A program made the position numbers and the translations under genes. Shown here in pieces: positions 34,049 to 34,564 of a stretch of 34,564 nt of DNA. The stretch is from positions 1 through 34,564 of the forward strand of contig ONWT01000110.1 of assembly GCA_900321575.1 (NCBI GenBank), written 5' to 3'. The first letter of the stretch is position 1, and each line of letters starts with the position of its first letter. This DNA comes from an uncultured Lentisphaerota bacterium. GTDB lineage: Bacteria > Verrucomicrobiota > Kiritimatiellia > RFP12 > UBA1067. Under the pieces are notes generated by a model. The model ran no database searches. It saw only the letters and a list, made by a program, of their open reading frames with translations, and was not told the origin of the DNA.

Positions 34049-34564
34049 TCACTCCTTGTTTGTAGTGTTTGTTCTGAAAATCAACGCATACGCCATCACT
34101 ACGGCGAAGCATATCGCCGGCACGATGAACGACGCTCTGAGAGACATTTGCGAAAGCTTCAGATTCGCATCCCACATCGCGTCGAAACAACGCGTCGCGA
34201 TGCACCAGAAACTGCCGCTGTCACCGATAATCCCGGCCATCCAAGGCGTGATTATCGCACCGCCGAGAATCGCCATGATAAGGCCCGACGCGCCCAGCTT
34301 GAGCGCCCTCTGGTCGAGACCTCCAAGCGCCATGCCGTATATTGTCGGGAACATCAGCGACATGAAACCGCTCATCGCCACGAGGCAGAGTATGTTGAGC
34401 GAGAACGGAAGACCCTTCACGGTGAACAAAACATTCGTTGGCAAAAGCATTACTCCAGCGCAGCACACTATCGCGCACGCCGCGAATATCGCCATCATGA
34501 CCGCCGGATTTAAGAACTTCATGAGCCATGTCGCGATCCAGCGGCACACAATGAACAGCACTAT
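34049..34564 (-). CDS. fucP: L-fucose:H+ symporter-like MFS transporter (3' part; runs off the window)
   Basis: Motifs [32 protein letters not shown]; immediately upstream of fucI. Confidence 0.85.
   Translation of the reverse strand: MVLFIVCRWIATWLMKFLNPAVMMAIFAACAIVCCAGVMLLPTNVLFTVKGLPFSLNILCLVAMSGFMSLMFPTIYGMALGGLDQRALKLGASGLIMAILGGAIITPWMAGIIGDSGSFWCIATRCFDAMWDANLKLSQMSLRASFIVPAICFAVVMAYALIFRTNTTNKE

Overview
A 34.6 kb GC-rich bacterial chromosomal window, probably from an anaerobe. A PVC-superphylum origin (Verrucomicrobiota/Kiritimatiellia-like) is only a tentative inference. Left: a membrane-anchored SpoIIE/PP2C phosphatase, then a non-coding array of seven 22-bp palindromic repeats (1981-2134). 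Next comes a mosaic, partly AT-rich surface-glycan locus: GT10 fucosyltransferase, TupA-like ATP-grasp, DUF616, GT4, DUF5672, a GT-A-like protein and a Wzx-like flippase. It contains a cluster of REP-like 8-9-8 hairpins with co-varying stems (7477-7727). Middle and right: housekeeping operons, namely thiN-maf-folB-murI-DegT-family-hemolysin III; Vor-type 2-oxoacid:ferredoxin oxidoreductase (delta, alpha, fused beta-gamma)-NAD kinase-DUF58-membrane protein-BatA-like VWA; infA-yebC-VOC-argB-argD-gltX-methyltransferase; and M50 protease-prs-pth-frameshifted aminotransferase-rarA. An orphan ORF and convergent fucP-fucI close the window. A strong extended -10 motif (TGnTAYAAT) recurs before operons, several apparently leaderless. 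No rRNA, tRNA, CRISPR array or transposase was recognised. The best candidates for something undescribed are the two non-coding structured repeat elements at either side of the glycosyltransferase cassette.
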